This document shows positions 9,631 through 18,594 of a stretch of 64,000 nucleotides of DNA, piece by piece. The DNA is from an uncultured delta proteobacterium (GTDB lineage: Bacteria > Desulfobacterota > Desulfobacteria > Desulfobacterales > UBA2156): the NCBI GenBank assembly GCA_963736855.1, contig CAVTQK010000015.1, positions 384,001 through 448,000 of the forward strand. Reading direction: 5' to 3'. Positions within the stretch are counted from its first letter, which is position 1. Each line of letters opens with the position of its first letter. A model generated the notes under the pieces. That model had not been told where the DNA came from, made no database searches, and saw nothing but the letters and a program-made list of their open reading frames with translations. Both the position numbers and the translations under genes were made by a program.

Positions 9631-10817
9631 GGGGTTGGCGTTCTTTTGGAAACTATGCCATGCTCTCGGTAGAATCGTTCTGCTCCCGGATGAAGCGGGA
9701 TCGAAATGCCTTGCAAGGCGGTCTTGAGGGTAATCGCCTTTCCTTGGGGGTGCCCGCCTTTCAAAAGCGACAGTGTCCGCTCGCTCCACAAGGAAGCGGT
9801 CAGCTGGTAAACGAGGTCTTCGGGAATCGCTGAGCTGACCACCAGCAGGGCATGGACCTGCAGGGTCGGAGTATCCGGAACCCCCGGATAAGCACCGGCG
9901 GGTATTTCACCTGGGACGAGGTAAGGAAATTTTGCATTGATCCGCAACGCAATCTCTCGGTCAATGGGAACAAAGAATAGCCCAATATCGGCTACACGCT
10001 GGGCCGCTTCCATGGGAATGCCCGCCATCACTACAAAACCCTGAAGTTCACCTTTCACCATTTTGTCATCAGTAAAATTGGGCTTCAAATACAATGGGTA
10101 CATATCTTTCTCGGACAAGCCATAGGCATCGAGAACGATTCGCATCACCATCAGCGAGCCTGAACCGATTTCGTCGATGGAAATCCGTTTCCCGCGGAGA
10201 TCCGACACGCTGCGTATGTTGGCATCCCGGCGTGTCACGATCTGAAATTTCTCGGGGTAGAGGCTCGCAACCGCACGGACGACTTTGACGCTTTCATCCC
10301 CGGCGAAAACCCGCTCTCCCTGAAAGGCCCAAGCTGCAACGTCGGCTTGGACTATTCCAGTTTCGATCTCTCCGGATGCCAGCGCCCGCACGTTGGCTAC
10401 CGAGCCGCCGGAACTTTGGGCCACACCGATGTATCCCGGCAGTCCAAGCACTCCGGCTTGAGGCATAGCCTCTCCTTCAGCAGGCCCAGTCAAACCCTGC
10501 GCAATCAACTTGCCAACCGGATAATAGACGCCTGAAGTCCCACCCGTTCCGATGCGAAACAGTCGTTTTGCTTCTCCCACACAGGGGGCGGGCATGGCCG
10601 TCAGCAGAAACAAACACAATATCATCAGCATGTAAGGTACCGGAATTCGGTCATTACGATCCGATCCAGGTATCCCTCGCACAACCGGGAGTTGTCTTTT
10701 CGTTCGATAAGATCTTACAAGCTGTCTCAGTCGCTGCCGATTCATTTCCTCTTGCTCCTCCCGGTTGAGATATCGACCAAAACCGTCTCTTACGCTCATG
10801 ACCTGAAGATGTTGCAT
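9627..10817 (-). CDS. TAXI-family TRAP solute-binding protein (true start may be ~10631)
   Basis: IGTGGTSGVYYPVG, SSGGSVANV, QADVA, LYPE, IPLHPGAERFYRE; signal-like segment MLMILCLFLLTAMPAPCVG. Confidence 0.9.
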   Translation of the reverse strand: MQHLQVMSVRDGFGRYLNREEQEEMNRQRLRQLVRSYRTKRQLPVVRGIPGSDRNDRIPVPYMLMILCLFLLTAMPAPCVGEAKRLFRIGTGGTSGVYYPVGKLIAQGLTGPAEGEAMPQAGVLGLPGYIGVAQSSGGSVANVRALASGEIETGIVQADVAAWAFQGERVFAGDESVKVVRAVASLYPEKFQIVTRRDANIRSVSDLRGKRISIDEIGSGSLMVMRIVLDAYGLSEKDMYPLYLKPNFTDDKMVKGELQGFVVMAGIPMEAAQRVADIGLFFVPIDREIALRINAKFPYLVPGEIPAGAYPGVPDTPTLQVHALLVVSSAIPEDLVYQLTASLWSERTLSLLKGGHPQGKAITLKTALQGISIPLHPGAERFYREHGIVSKRTPTP

Positions 10818-10907
10818 ATGTGACCGATCTCTGGAATGTATATCTGTTGTGGGAACATTCTGTGCGTTGTCGATGAGTCTATCTGGAGTGAGTCCACCGA
10901 TTCAATT

Positions 10908-11725
10908 GGCAAGAAGTCGCTTTTTTGCGGGTGGATTAAGCAAGAGCATGAAGTGTGTTTTACCATCGTCTGCACCCCAAGATATGGGAACACACATTTG
11001 TCGTGGCGTGTAAATTCTCGATTAACTGAAGGGAAATCCGCTGTCAATACGAATTTTATCTGCAAGAGGCCATTTTCCCGGCTGGTTCGAGCATAGGCCA
11101 CCTGTCTGCCGGCCAGGTAGGGATCGCACAGGCAGGGCGGGTCAACTCCGGACGGATTTTTCAGAAATAAGAATCCATGGGGTAAACCGGGTCGGCGACG
11201 TAATCCTCTGTGGAAGGCGCAACGGGGTCATCGTATGTCGGGTGTTCAATCAGGTTCGGGGCATGGGCGACGGGCCTTTCCGGTTGTTTCGGATCCCATA
11301 AGTTCAGGTGGTTGAGTATTTTTTTTATTCACATCACGATCTTCGATAAACGCGACCACCCACATTTTCCCCTGGCACTTGGGGCAGATCAGGAGATCGA
11401 CCTCATATATTTTTTGGATCAGGCGCGACCCGCTTTTTCTAAGTGCCGGTGGGGGACGGCTTTGATGACTTTTTCACACAACCATTGCCCGAACTCCACC
11501 ACGCGCTTCTGATGACACGAGGGACAAAAGTGACGCCTTTTGCATGGAAAGGACAAAAGGTATTCGTGACCGCACTTCCCGCACCGAACCCTGGCGAACC
11601 CGTTATGGAGCACCCCGCAATCTAGATACCAATGGATCACCTCTTTGACATACGGGCGGAAAAAGCTGTATCCCCTCTCAAATCGATCTTCATAGATGCG
11701 TTCAAAGTTGGATTCAACAACATTG
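10908..11725 (-). mobile_element. IS91/ISCR-family remnant 3: internally deleted transposase plus ori-like end
   Basis: N-terminal Zn-binding domain YLDCGVLHNGFARVRCGKCGHEYLLSFPCKRRHFCPSCHQKR...VPHRH is joined at ~11440 directly to the C-terminus RLIQKIYEVDLLICPKCQGKM. The HUH/Y2 catalytic core is absent. Confidence 0.92.
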
Positions 11726-11891
11726 ACTCTCGACCTCCGGTGGGCAAGGAAGGCATCAGAGGCTGATAGTGATCAGTCCTTTTTCCCACCAGAGGCGAGA
11801 AAGGGGAAGGTTTGTTCCATTTTTTAAGACAAACAATTGGTGGAGCGGAAGCTTTCCCGCCCGCACATTGCGTTTCTTCTCCAAAGAGGCG

Positions 11892-12494
11892 TTAGAAATC
11901 ATAATCATAAGTTTCGTCGTGAGCCGGTTTAATATCTTTCATCATGACCACGACATCAACCGGCATGTTGTTCCGGTCCTTGACCATGTTCGGAATCACT
12001 GTTGCACGATAAAATCCCGCTCTGGCGAAAGCGTTGATAGCCGATGTGTTGATGTCCGGAATCTCGACGAGTAGTTTTTCAAGCCCGAGTTTGTAAGCGA
12101 TGTCCGCGAGCTCTTCGATCATCAGATGCCCCAGACCGATGTTGCGGTAGTCTTTGTGCACAAAGATCCGCACAGTACCCAGGTGCCATTTCCAGCCGGA
12201 TCGACGGCGATTGATAGTGGCATCGGCAACAATTTTGCCATCTCTTACTGCCACGATGGGCAGGGTCTTGGCATAGTCGAGGTTCTTCGCCCATTTTTCA
12301 ATAAGGAGCCTGCTTGAAACCTCGTCACGCAAATACCGTGCATCTTCTGCGGGAACCGCCTGGAAAAACTCATACACAGCGTCCTTATCTTCTGCCACCA
12401 TAGGACGTAGAATAATCTTGGTCCCATCTTTCAGATGAGTTTCCTTGTGATATGTGTTTAAATTGATTGTGGGATAAATGTTGGGATCCAACAT
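11892..12494 (-). CDS. GNAT-family N-acetyltransferase (resembles the GNAT domain of protein lysine acetyltransferases)
   Basis: LKDGTKIILRPM, FVHKDYRNIGLG acetyl-CoA motif; GGAGG RBS. Confidence 0.88.
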   Translation of the reverse strand: MLDPNIYPTINLNTYHKETHLKDGTKIILRPMVAEDKDAVYEFFQAVPAEDARYLRDEVSSRLLIEKWAKNLDYAKTLPIVAVRDGKIVADATINRRRSGWKWHLGTVRIFVHKDYRNIGLGHLMIEELADIAYKLGLEKLLVEIPDINTSAINAFARAGFYRATVIPNMVKDRNNMPVDVVVMMKDIKPAHDETYDYDF

Positions 12495-12599
12495 GGCGAG
12501 TACCTCCTTTCATCTCTCAGGGGTTAATTGATCGAGGTCTGTCCGCAAGACAGGCTCTCCGGACAGGTTCCTTAGTAAACTCGTTCACGAATGCACAAA

Positions 12600-12616
12600 A
12601 GCATTCTCCGTGCCGG
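12600..12616 (-). promoter_or_regulatory. Sigma54 (-24/-12) promoter of the GNAT gene
   Basis: Minus strand CCGGCACGGAGAATGCT = GG-N10-GC; AT-rich IHF-like tract at ~12645-12685. Confidence 0.75.
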
Positions 12617-12711
12617 ATTTAGAAGACCGAATTAGCTAGAGGTAAGATATTGAAAAAGAATGGAATATTAGGAAAACATTAGTTTCTGAAAGGTCAGGCA
12701 TTCCGCCAAGT

Positions 12712-12768
12712 ATTGCATTTTTGCACGACTATGCAATGCACAAATGTAGGTATGCAATCTCTCATGAA
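12712..12768. promoter_or_regulatory. Candidate enhancer (UAS) with clustered TGCA elements
   Basis: ATTGCATTTTTGCACGACTATGCAATGCAC...TATGCAAT, 100-150 bp upstream of the sigma54 promoter and directly after the activator gene. Confidence 0.5.
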
Positions 12769-14156
12769 CTCTTGCCGCTCGAACGACCGTTGCGTACCGG
12801 AATTTGAAGATTCAGGCGCCTTATTCTGCGCCACAAAGTGGTAGGGTGTATACCCATTTGGGCAGCGGTTAACTTCCGGCTCCAGTTATTCCTCCGAAGA
12901 TTTCCATAGATAAAATCTTTTTCCATGTCTGCCAATGAAGATGCAGACGCCATGATCTGTTCAGGAGACGGTATTACCCTATGTGCTAGCTTTCGGTGGA
13001 CGCTCTCAGGAAGATGCTCTATCCTTACCACGTGATCTGTACAAACCAATGTGGCATATTCGATGATATTTTCCAATTCCCGAATATTACCCGGATAATC
13101 ATAAGACATCAGAATACTCATGGCTTCAGGCGACATACCATGAACTTCTTTGCCCCTCAGACGGCTAAATCTTTGGACAAAATGCTCCACTAATAGAGGA
13201 ATATCTTCTTTTCGCTTTCTCAATGGCGGGAGAATTAGCTTGACGATATTGATCCGATAATAGAGATCTTCTCTAAACAGTCCCTTTTGAACGAGTTCTA
13301 CAAGGTTCTTGTTTGTAGAAACCACTATGCGGACGTTGGCCTTTTCCGATTTTGTGCTGCCGAGTGGTTCGTAGACTTTGTCTTGGAGCACTCGCAGGAG
13401 CTTAACTTGAAGCAACATCGAGATGTCTCCGATTTCATCCAAGAAGAGACTCCCATTTTGAGCCAGAGCCAGCCTTCCCGGTTTGTCCCTCTTTGCATCG
13501 GTAAACGCACCGGCTTTGTATCCAAAGAGCTCGGATTCGAGGAGCGTATCCGGTAATGCACCGCAGTTTACGGTAATCATCGGCCCCGTTTTTCTATGAC
13601 TGAGTGAGTGGATCGCTCTTGCAAAAAGTTCTTTTCCCGTTCCGCTTTCGCCTTCCAAGAGGATTGTTGTATCATCTTTAGATACCAACTCGAGCATTTC
13701 AAATAGGCGATGCATCTCCCGGTTGTTGCTGATAATGCCCAAAAAGGAATGCTGACCGGTCAGTTCTTTCAGTAGTTGTTCAACCATTCTTAGATCTCTA
13801 AATGTCTCAATTCCTCCGATCACTTTGCCGCTTTGATCTTTCAAGACAGCCGTAGAAATTGTTACAGGAATCCGGTCACCTTTTAAATCAACTATATAGA
13901 TGAATTGGTTCATAATCGGTTGGCCTGATTCAATTGTCTGACGCAGGGAGCATCTCTGCTCACAGATTTCGGCTTTGAATACTTCCCGGCAATATCGGCC
14001 AATTGCGTCGACTTTCTTGACTCCCGTGATCTGTTCAGCGGCACAGTTGAAAAAGCTAATCTTCCAGTCCGAGTCGACGGTAAAAACGCCGTCGGTAATG
14101 TTGTCAAGGATCATCTGGGTCTGATTTTCATGTGCTGTGTTCAAAGTTTGAATCAC
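12762..14156 (-). CDS. PAS-domain sigma54-dependent transcriptional activator (PAS-AAA+-HTH)
   Basis: GESGTGKE, ESELFG, GAFTDA, FLDEIG, FREDLYYR, YPGNIRELEN, C-terminal HTH. Confidence 0.93.
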   Translation of the reverse strand: MIQTLNTAHENQTQMILDNITDGVFTVDSDWKISFFNCAAEQITGVKKVDAIGRYCREVFKAEICEQRCSLRQTIESGQPIMNQFIYIVDLKGDRIPVTISTAVLKDQSGKVIGGIETFRDLRMVEQLLKELTGQHSFLGIISNNREMHRLFEMLELVSKDDTTILLEGESGTGKELFARAIHSLSHRKTGPMITVNCGALPDTLLESELFGYKAGAFTDAKRDKPGRLALAQNGSLFLDEIGDISMLLQVKLLRVLQDKVYEPLGSTKSEKANVRIVVSTNKNLVELVQKGLFREDLYYRINIVKLILPPLRKRKEDIPLLVEHFVQRFSRLRGKEVHGMSPEAMSILMSYDYPGNIRELENIIEYATLVCTDHVVRIEHLPESVHRKLAHRVIPSPEQIMASASSLADMEKDFIYGNLRRNNWSRKLTAAQMGIHPTTLWRRIRRLNLQIPVRNGRSSGKSS

Positions 14157-14198
14157 TTTCTCAGTCGACCTGTTTCTCAGCTAAAGTACCATTGAATT

Positions 14199-14316
14199 GA
14201 TTAGAAGTTGCTTTTTTACGGACGGATTAAACAAGAGCATGAAGTGTGTTTTACCATCGTCTGCACCCCTCGCATTTTCACCTGGCACTTGAAGCAGATC
14301 AGGGGATCGACCTCAT
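14199..14316 (-). mobile_element. IS91/ISCR-family remnant 4: 118-bp miniature (ori-like end fused to a short transposase piece)
   Basis: Ori segment matches copies 2 and 3; 14270-14316 encodes EVDPLICFKCQVKMR; abuts the GGDEF stop codon. Confidence 0.85.
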
Positions 14317-15738
14317 TTATTCCGCCATAACCGTCCGGTTGCGGCCATCGGTTTTTGCTTGGTAGAGCGCCTTGTCCGCCCGGTGGAAGCACTCGTCAAT
14401 AGACATTTCTCTTTCCATCTGGCAGACGCCGAGACTGGCTGTCATGCTGATTTTCTGGTCGTCAATCACGGCCGGGTTCTCGGCAAAATGGAGGCGGATT
14501 TTTTCAGCCACTTCCTTTGCCCCTGCTTTTTCTGTCCCGGGAAGCAGGATAAGAATCTCTTCTCCTCCCCATCGGGCAACGGCGTCCTGGTCTCTTAACA
14601 TGTTCCGTAAGGTTTGCGATACGTACATCAGCAATTTATCGCCCATTTCATGGCCGAACCGGTCGTTGACTTGTTTAAAATGATCCAGGTCAATAAGTAT
14701 AATCGACGAACCTTCCCCACTTCTCTTGATCCTTTTAAATTCCTGTTCCAGCAGAGAGATCATTGCGCGGCGGTTGATCATTCCTGTGAGGTAGTCGGTG
14801 GTAGCGGCTGTTTCCAATGCAGCTTCGGCACGCTTGCGCTCCTCTATCTCCTGCCGGAGTTGTTCATTGACCTCGGCAAGCCGGGCGGTTCGCTCGACGA
14901 CTCGAGTTTCAAGAGAATTCCTGGCATCCTGGAGTTCGTTCATGGCTTGTTGCGTGTGTTCATGGCTTTTTCTGAGACGGTTGGACATGGTGTTAAAAGC
15001 ATTGGCAAGGTCGCTTAATTCATCGCGGGTATCCACTTCCACCTGTCCGGGGAAGATTCCGTCGGCGATTTCGCTGGATCGCCGTACAAGAAGGCTGATC
15101 GGCCGGATAATGCGAGCGGCCTGTATTTTACTGAACCCGTACGCCAGCAGGAATGAGAGGACAAGCGAAACAAGACCCGCGATTCGGATGGTGCGGAATT
15201 TTTGCTGGACGTCATCGGCGCGCATGTCTATTCCCAATAGATACTGCCCCTTGCCATTCTTTAACGGCGCATAGCCGGAAAGAAAACATCCCCATTCATC
15301 GCAGGTGATTTTACTGTCTGCGGTAAGATTTTCAAATCCGTGTTTCATGTTCGGGACTTCGACATCATAAAGTTTGCCGGGATGTGCCTGAGCATCCGAT
15401 GTATCTGAGTCAATGACAAATACGATGTCTTCGCCCTGCTTGCGCATGATATAGATAAACGCGATATCTTTATTGGCTGTCTGAAATTCTCTGAGCATTT
15501 TCAGATAATTCTGATAGGCGGGAAGAGATGCGTCCTGGGGACCCTTGATGTCCACAATATCATTGGCATCCATTGCGCGGCTGATGAGTGCCGCGCTGTT
15601 CATCAGCCGGTTCTGGAGTTGTTTGAATAACGTACTGATGGCGCTGTGGTAAAAATACGTGCCGATGCTGCCGGAAACCAGAATAATGACCAGAAAGTGG
15701 CTATAAAAGAGTTTTTTCTGGATTGTAAAACGCATCAA
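14317..15738 (-). CDS. Membrane diguanylate cyclase (periplasmic sensor-HAMP-GGDEF)
   Basis: Two TM segments, HAMP (RDELSDLANAFN), DYLTG, DLDHFKQVND, RxxD I-site (RDQD), RWGGEEI, ADKALYQAK. Confidence 0.92.
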   Translation of the reverse strand: MMRFTIQKKLFYSHFLVIILVSGSIGTYFYHSAISTLFKQLQNRLMNSAALISRAMDANDIVDIKGPQDASLPAYQNYLKMLREFQTANKDIAFIYIMRKQGEDIVFVIDSDTSDAQAHPGKLYDVEVPNMKHGFENLTADSKITCDEWGCFLSGYAPLKNGKGQYLLGIDMRADDVQQKFRTIRIAGLVSLVLSFLLAYGFSKIQAARIIRPISLLVRRSSEIADGIFPGQVEVDTRDELSDLANAFNTMSNRLRKSHEHTQQAMNELQDARNSLETRVVERTARLAEVNEQLRQEIEERKRAEAALETAATTDYLTGMINRRAMISLLEQEFKRIKRSGEGSSIILIDLDHFKQVNDRFGHEMGDKLLMYVSQTLRNMLRDQDAVARWGGEEILILLPGTEKAGAKEVAEKIRLHFAENPAVIDDQKISMTASLGVCQMEREMSIDECFHRADKALYQAKTDGRNRTVMAE

Positions 15739-15939
15739 CCGGATCTCCGTAAAGTTGAAAGGTCAGTTAGGGCGCTGCGGCCGAAGGGCAATCATATCCC
15801 GGGTGATTTTACTTTTTTCCCAGGAGCATCTTAAGCACGCGATGTCTGAAGAGGCTACTAGAGAGTCCGGCAATCGATCCGACGCGCCACGGTGAGCATA
15901 CCACTTTTGTGGAACCAACCGTTCAAAAATTCGCATCGA

Positions 15940-16200
15940 TTGAATGTCTATCAACTTACGACCTGCTTTCCGTACTTCAATCCCATAGAGAAACTATGGA
16001 AAAAGGTCAAACAGGATGGAACTTATCCTCATTACTTCCCCACATTTGAAGACCTCGTCGGAAAGGTTGATGAGATCCTCCCTCTATTTCAAAACTCTCC
16101 AGATGAAATCCTTTCCCTCTTTGGTCTCAACAACGAACTTGAAAACCATGCGAGGCTGGCAGCATAATCTCACACCAAAATATTCTTTTTAAAACCATAG
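15940..16200 (+). mobile_element. IS630-family transposase 3' fragment with probable right end
   Basis: VYQLTTCFPYFNPIEKLWKKVK...YFPTFEDL is a degenerate LPxYSPxxNPIE motif; no N-terminal part. Confidence 0.75.
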
Positions 16201-16223
16201 AAATCCACAGAAAGGGAGTCTCA

Positions 16224-16655
16224 CTATCTATTCTCTAAAGCGGCCAGTCGATCCCTAAGCTCTTTTTCCTTTTGCCATCTGGTGGTTACATCGCGAACAA
16301 TCGCGGCAGAACCCAAGATTTCTCCAATGGAAAAGCGTACAAGAACCATACTGAATTCAACGGAAATGCGTGTTCCGTCCTTCCGCATTGCCGGTACTGC
16401 CAGCAATTCTCCGGCGTAACGGGTAGAACCGGTCGCCATAACCTTACGGTAGCCCTCCCAATGCCGGGTCCGTAGTTTCTCAGGGATAATGAGATCGAGG
16501 CTTTGCCCCGTTGCCTCTTCTGCACTAAATCCGAAAATGGATTCCGCCCCCGAATTCCAAAGCTCGATTTGACCATCTCGATTTGCGAAGATGATTGCAT
16601 CTTGGGTTTGATCCACAATTTGTCGGTACAACCACTCGTTCGTGTATTTCTGCAT
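16224..16655 (-). CDS. Stand-alone PAS domain protein
   Basis: DAIIFANRDGQIELWNSGAESIFGF...LDLIIPE...RKDGTRISVEFS...IVRDVT; GAGG RBS. Confidence 0.9.
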   Translation of the reverse strand: MQKYTNEWLYRQIVDQTQDAIIFANRDGQIELWNSGAESIFGFSAEEATGQSLDLIIPEKLRTRHWEGYRKVMATGSTRYAGELLAVPAMRKDGTRISVEFSMVLVRFSIGEILGSAAIVRDVTTRWQKEKELRDRLAALENR

Positions 16656-16705
16656 TGGGCAACCTCTTGATATCTTATCAAATTTAAAGCCCCGGATACC
16701 TCCTG

Positions 16706-16738
16706 AATTGAATTGATTGAATTGATAAGATTGATAAG
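16706..16738. repeat. Stuttered (A)ATTG repeats and duplicated ATTGATAAG at the ori junction
   Basis: AATTG AATTG ATTG AATTGATAAG ATTGATAAG read directly from the sequence. Confidence 0.85.
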
Positions 16739-17023
16739 AACTCGCTTTTACAAAGGCGGGTTAAGGACGAGGATGGATTGTGTTTTGTCATCATCTGTAC
16801 CTCAAGATATGGGAACCTTCAGGTAATGTGACGTATGTACTATCAATTATCCGAAAGTGAACGTGCTGTCAATCGGGATTGTATCGCCAAGATGCTGTTT
16901 TCCTCGTGTGTTCAAGCACAGGCCTCCTTTATACGTGCATCGCACAGGCAGGGCGGGTCAACTCCGGACGGATTTTTAAGAGTAAGAATCCATGGGGTAA
17001 ACCGGGTCGGCGACGTAATCCTC
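16733..17023 (-). mobile_element. IS91/ISCR-family remnant 5: ori-like end plus last transposase codons; right boundary of the island
   Basis: Colinear with 1786-2076 (GGACGAGGATGGATTGTGTTTTGTCATCATC...GGGTCGGCGACGTAATCCTC). Confidence 0.88.
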
Positions 17024-17153
17024 AGTAGAAGGGATTCTCATTAACAAGACGGAAATTAACCAAACCGTCCTGGTGTGTGATAAGCTTGCCAGGCAGTGTG
17101 AGCAGGGGGAGGCCGCTTTCCAGGCGAATTAAAATTTGATACATATTGATTTC

Positions 17154-17528
17154 ATGAATATTTCCAATAAAAAATTCGATCGCATCGTCAAACAGGCCAT
17201 CGGCCGGATCCCGGAAGAAATCCATAGGCATCTGGATAACATCCTGATTACCGTACAAAATAAACCGACACCGGAAATGCTGTATGAGGCGGGACTGTCT
17301 TCGGATGAAACGCTGCTGGGATTATACCGAGGTGTGCCGCTTGACGAGCGTTCGATCATGAATCCGCCCCTTCATCCCGATACGATCTTCATCTTCAAAG
17401 AACCCCTTGAAGAGATGTGTTCAAGCCTGGAAGAACTGGAAAACGAAATCGAGATCACCATCGTGCATGAAATCGCCCACTTTGTCGGTTTCCCCGAGGA
17501 ACGCCTCTCTGAATTGGGTTACTCCTAA
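17154..17528 (+). CDS. Minimal zincin-like metallopeptidase
   Basis: LLGLYRGVPL, PDTIFIF, TIVHEIAHFVG (HExxH). Confidence 0.85.
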   Translation: MNISNKKFDRIVKQAIGRIPEEIHRHLDNILITVQNKPTPEMLYEAGLSSDETLLGLYRGVPLDERSIMNPPLHPDTIFIFKEPLEEMCSSLEELENEIEITIVHEIAHFVGFPEERLSELGYS

Positions 17529-17710
17529 ATAATGAGACAAACCCCCTGCCGGATGAACCTGATCGTTTCAGGGGTGAAAAGTTCAAATCAAACGAAAACC
17601 ATTTCAACATCTTTTTAGAGTCCTTGAGCCTTGTTAGGGTACAAATCAAAAGGAATTTTCGACACAAGGATAAGGATTTCTCGCAATCTCCCTTGGGGAA
17701 AATAAAATAA

Positions 17711-17740
17711 TTGACAGGCATTTTTATTTTCTGTTAGTAT
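17711..17740 (+). promoter_or_regulatory. Sigma70 promoter of the rpsF operon
   Basis: TTGACA-N18-TAGTAT with extended -10 TG. Confidence 0.7.
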
Positions 17741-17769
17741 ATTCGATTTATAGAAATCAGCCAACCACA

Positions 17770-17817
17770 ATCCTTGCTCCGGACAAAAGTTCCGGGGCTG
17801 AATAACCATGAGGAGGT
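17770..17817 (+). ncRNA. S6:S18 ribosomal protein leader (cis-regulatory RNA)
   Basis: TCCTTGCTCCGGAC-aaaa-GTTCCGGGGC...GAGGAGG: 5' CCTT can pair with the SD, with an internal hairpin, immediately before rpsF. Confidence 0.65.
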
Positions 17818-17820
17818 TTT

Positions 17821-18273
17821 ATGAAACGATACGAAACCATCGTTATCGCCGATCCCGAAGTTTCCGAAGAAAACCGAACAGCACTTTTCGAGAGATATCA
17901 AGGAATCATCTCTCAGAGAGGGGGTTTTCTGGTGGAAATAGACGTTTGGGGGACTCGGCCACTGGCCTATGAAATCAAGAAAAAGGGTCGGGGGTTTTAT
18001 TTCCGTCTGGATTATTGCGGCGTCGGATCTCTGGTGGATGAAATCGAGCGCTTTTCCCGCATCGATGACCGCATCCTCAAATACCTCACGGTCTTAATCG
18101 CTTCCGATGTCGACTTGGAACAGATCAAAGCCGAGACGGCCCGTAAAGAAGAGGCGGAAAAGGCCGCATCGATCCAAGCAGCTGCAACTCCTGAGACGCC
18201 TCAGATCGCAACAACGGAAAGCGCAACTGCCGGAGAGACTGTACAACCCGATGAAACCCCATCCAAGGAGTAA
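17821..18273 (+). CDS. rpsF: 30S ribosomal protein S6
   Basis: MKRYETIVI...WGTRPLAYEIKK; low-complexity acidic tail. Confidence 0.97.
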   Translation: MKRYETIVIADPEVSEENRTALFERYQGIISQRGGFLVEIDVWGTRPLAYEIKKKGRGFYFRLDYCGVGSLVDEIERFSRIDDRILKYLTVLIASDVDLEQIKAETARKEEAEKAASIQAAATPETPQIATTESATAGETVQPDETPSKE

Positions 18274-18279
18274 CGACCC

Positions 18280-18555
18280 ATGGCTTTCAATTCCCAATCA
18301 TCCAGACCCAGGCCCGCACCTAAAAAGCGCGTCTATCATCGCCGAAAGGTTTGCCGATTTTGCGCTGACAAAAAACTGGTAATCGACTACAAGGATCCGA
18401 GAACGCTCCGGTATTTCATTACAGAGCGCGGAAAGATCATTCCCAAGCGCATCTCCGGAACGTGCGCCAAGCACCAGCGCGCGCTCACTCAGGCCATAAA
18501 ACGCGCCCGGACCATCGCCCTGCTGCCTTTCGTGGGATCTCTGGATCACGTCTAA
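18280..18555 (+). CDS. rpsR: 30S ribosomal protein S18 (Zn-binding form)
   Basis: RRKVCRFC...IDYKD...[19 protein letters not shown]. Confidence 0.98.
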   Translation: MAFNSQSSRPRPAPKKRVYHRRKVCRFCADKKLVIDYKDPRTLRYFITERGKIIPKRISGTCAKHQRALTQAIKRARTIALLPFVGSLDHV

Positions 18556-18594
18556 CCCGATCCGAATACGGATCTGGGAAAGGAGAAGCGCGTT

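Noticed and set aside
9631..9789. Longer start for the hybrid kinase
   Set aside because: Overlaps the TAXI gene by ~160 bp; ATGA coupling at 9630 is more plausible.
1786..17023. Repeats as integron attC sites or a CRISPR array
   Set aside because: They contain transposase coding sequence, vary from ~75 to ~820 bp and are kilobases apart. I saw no attC core-site pairs, integrase or cas genes.
18273..18280. Absence of ssb/priB between rpsF and rpsR
   Set aside because: rpsF-rpsR-DUF2232-rplI is a common arrangement in deltaproteobacteria.
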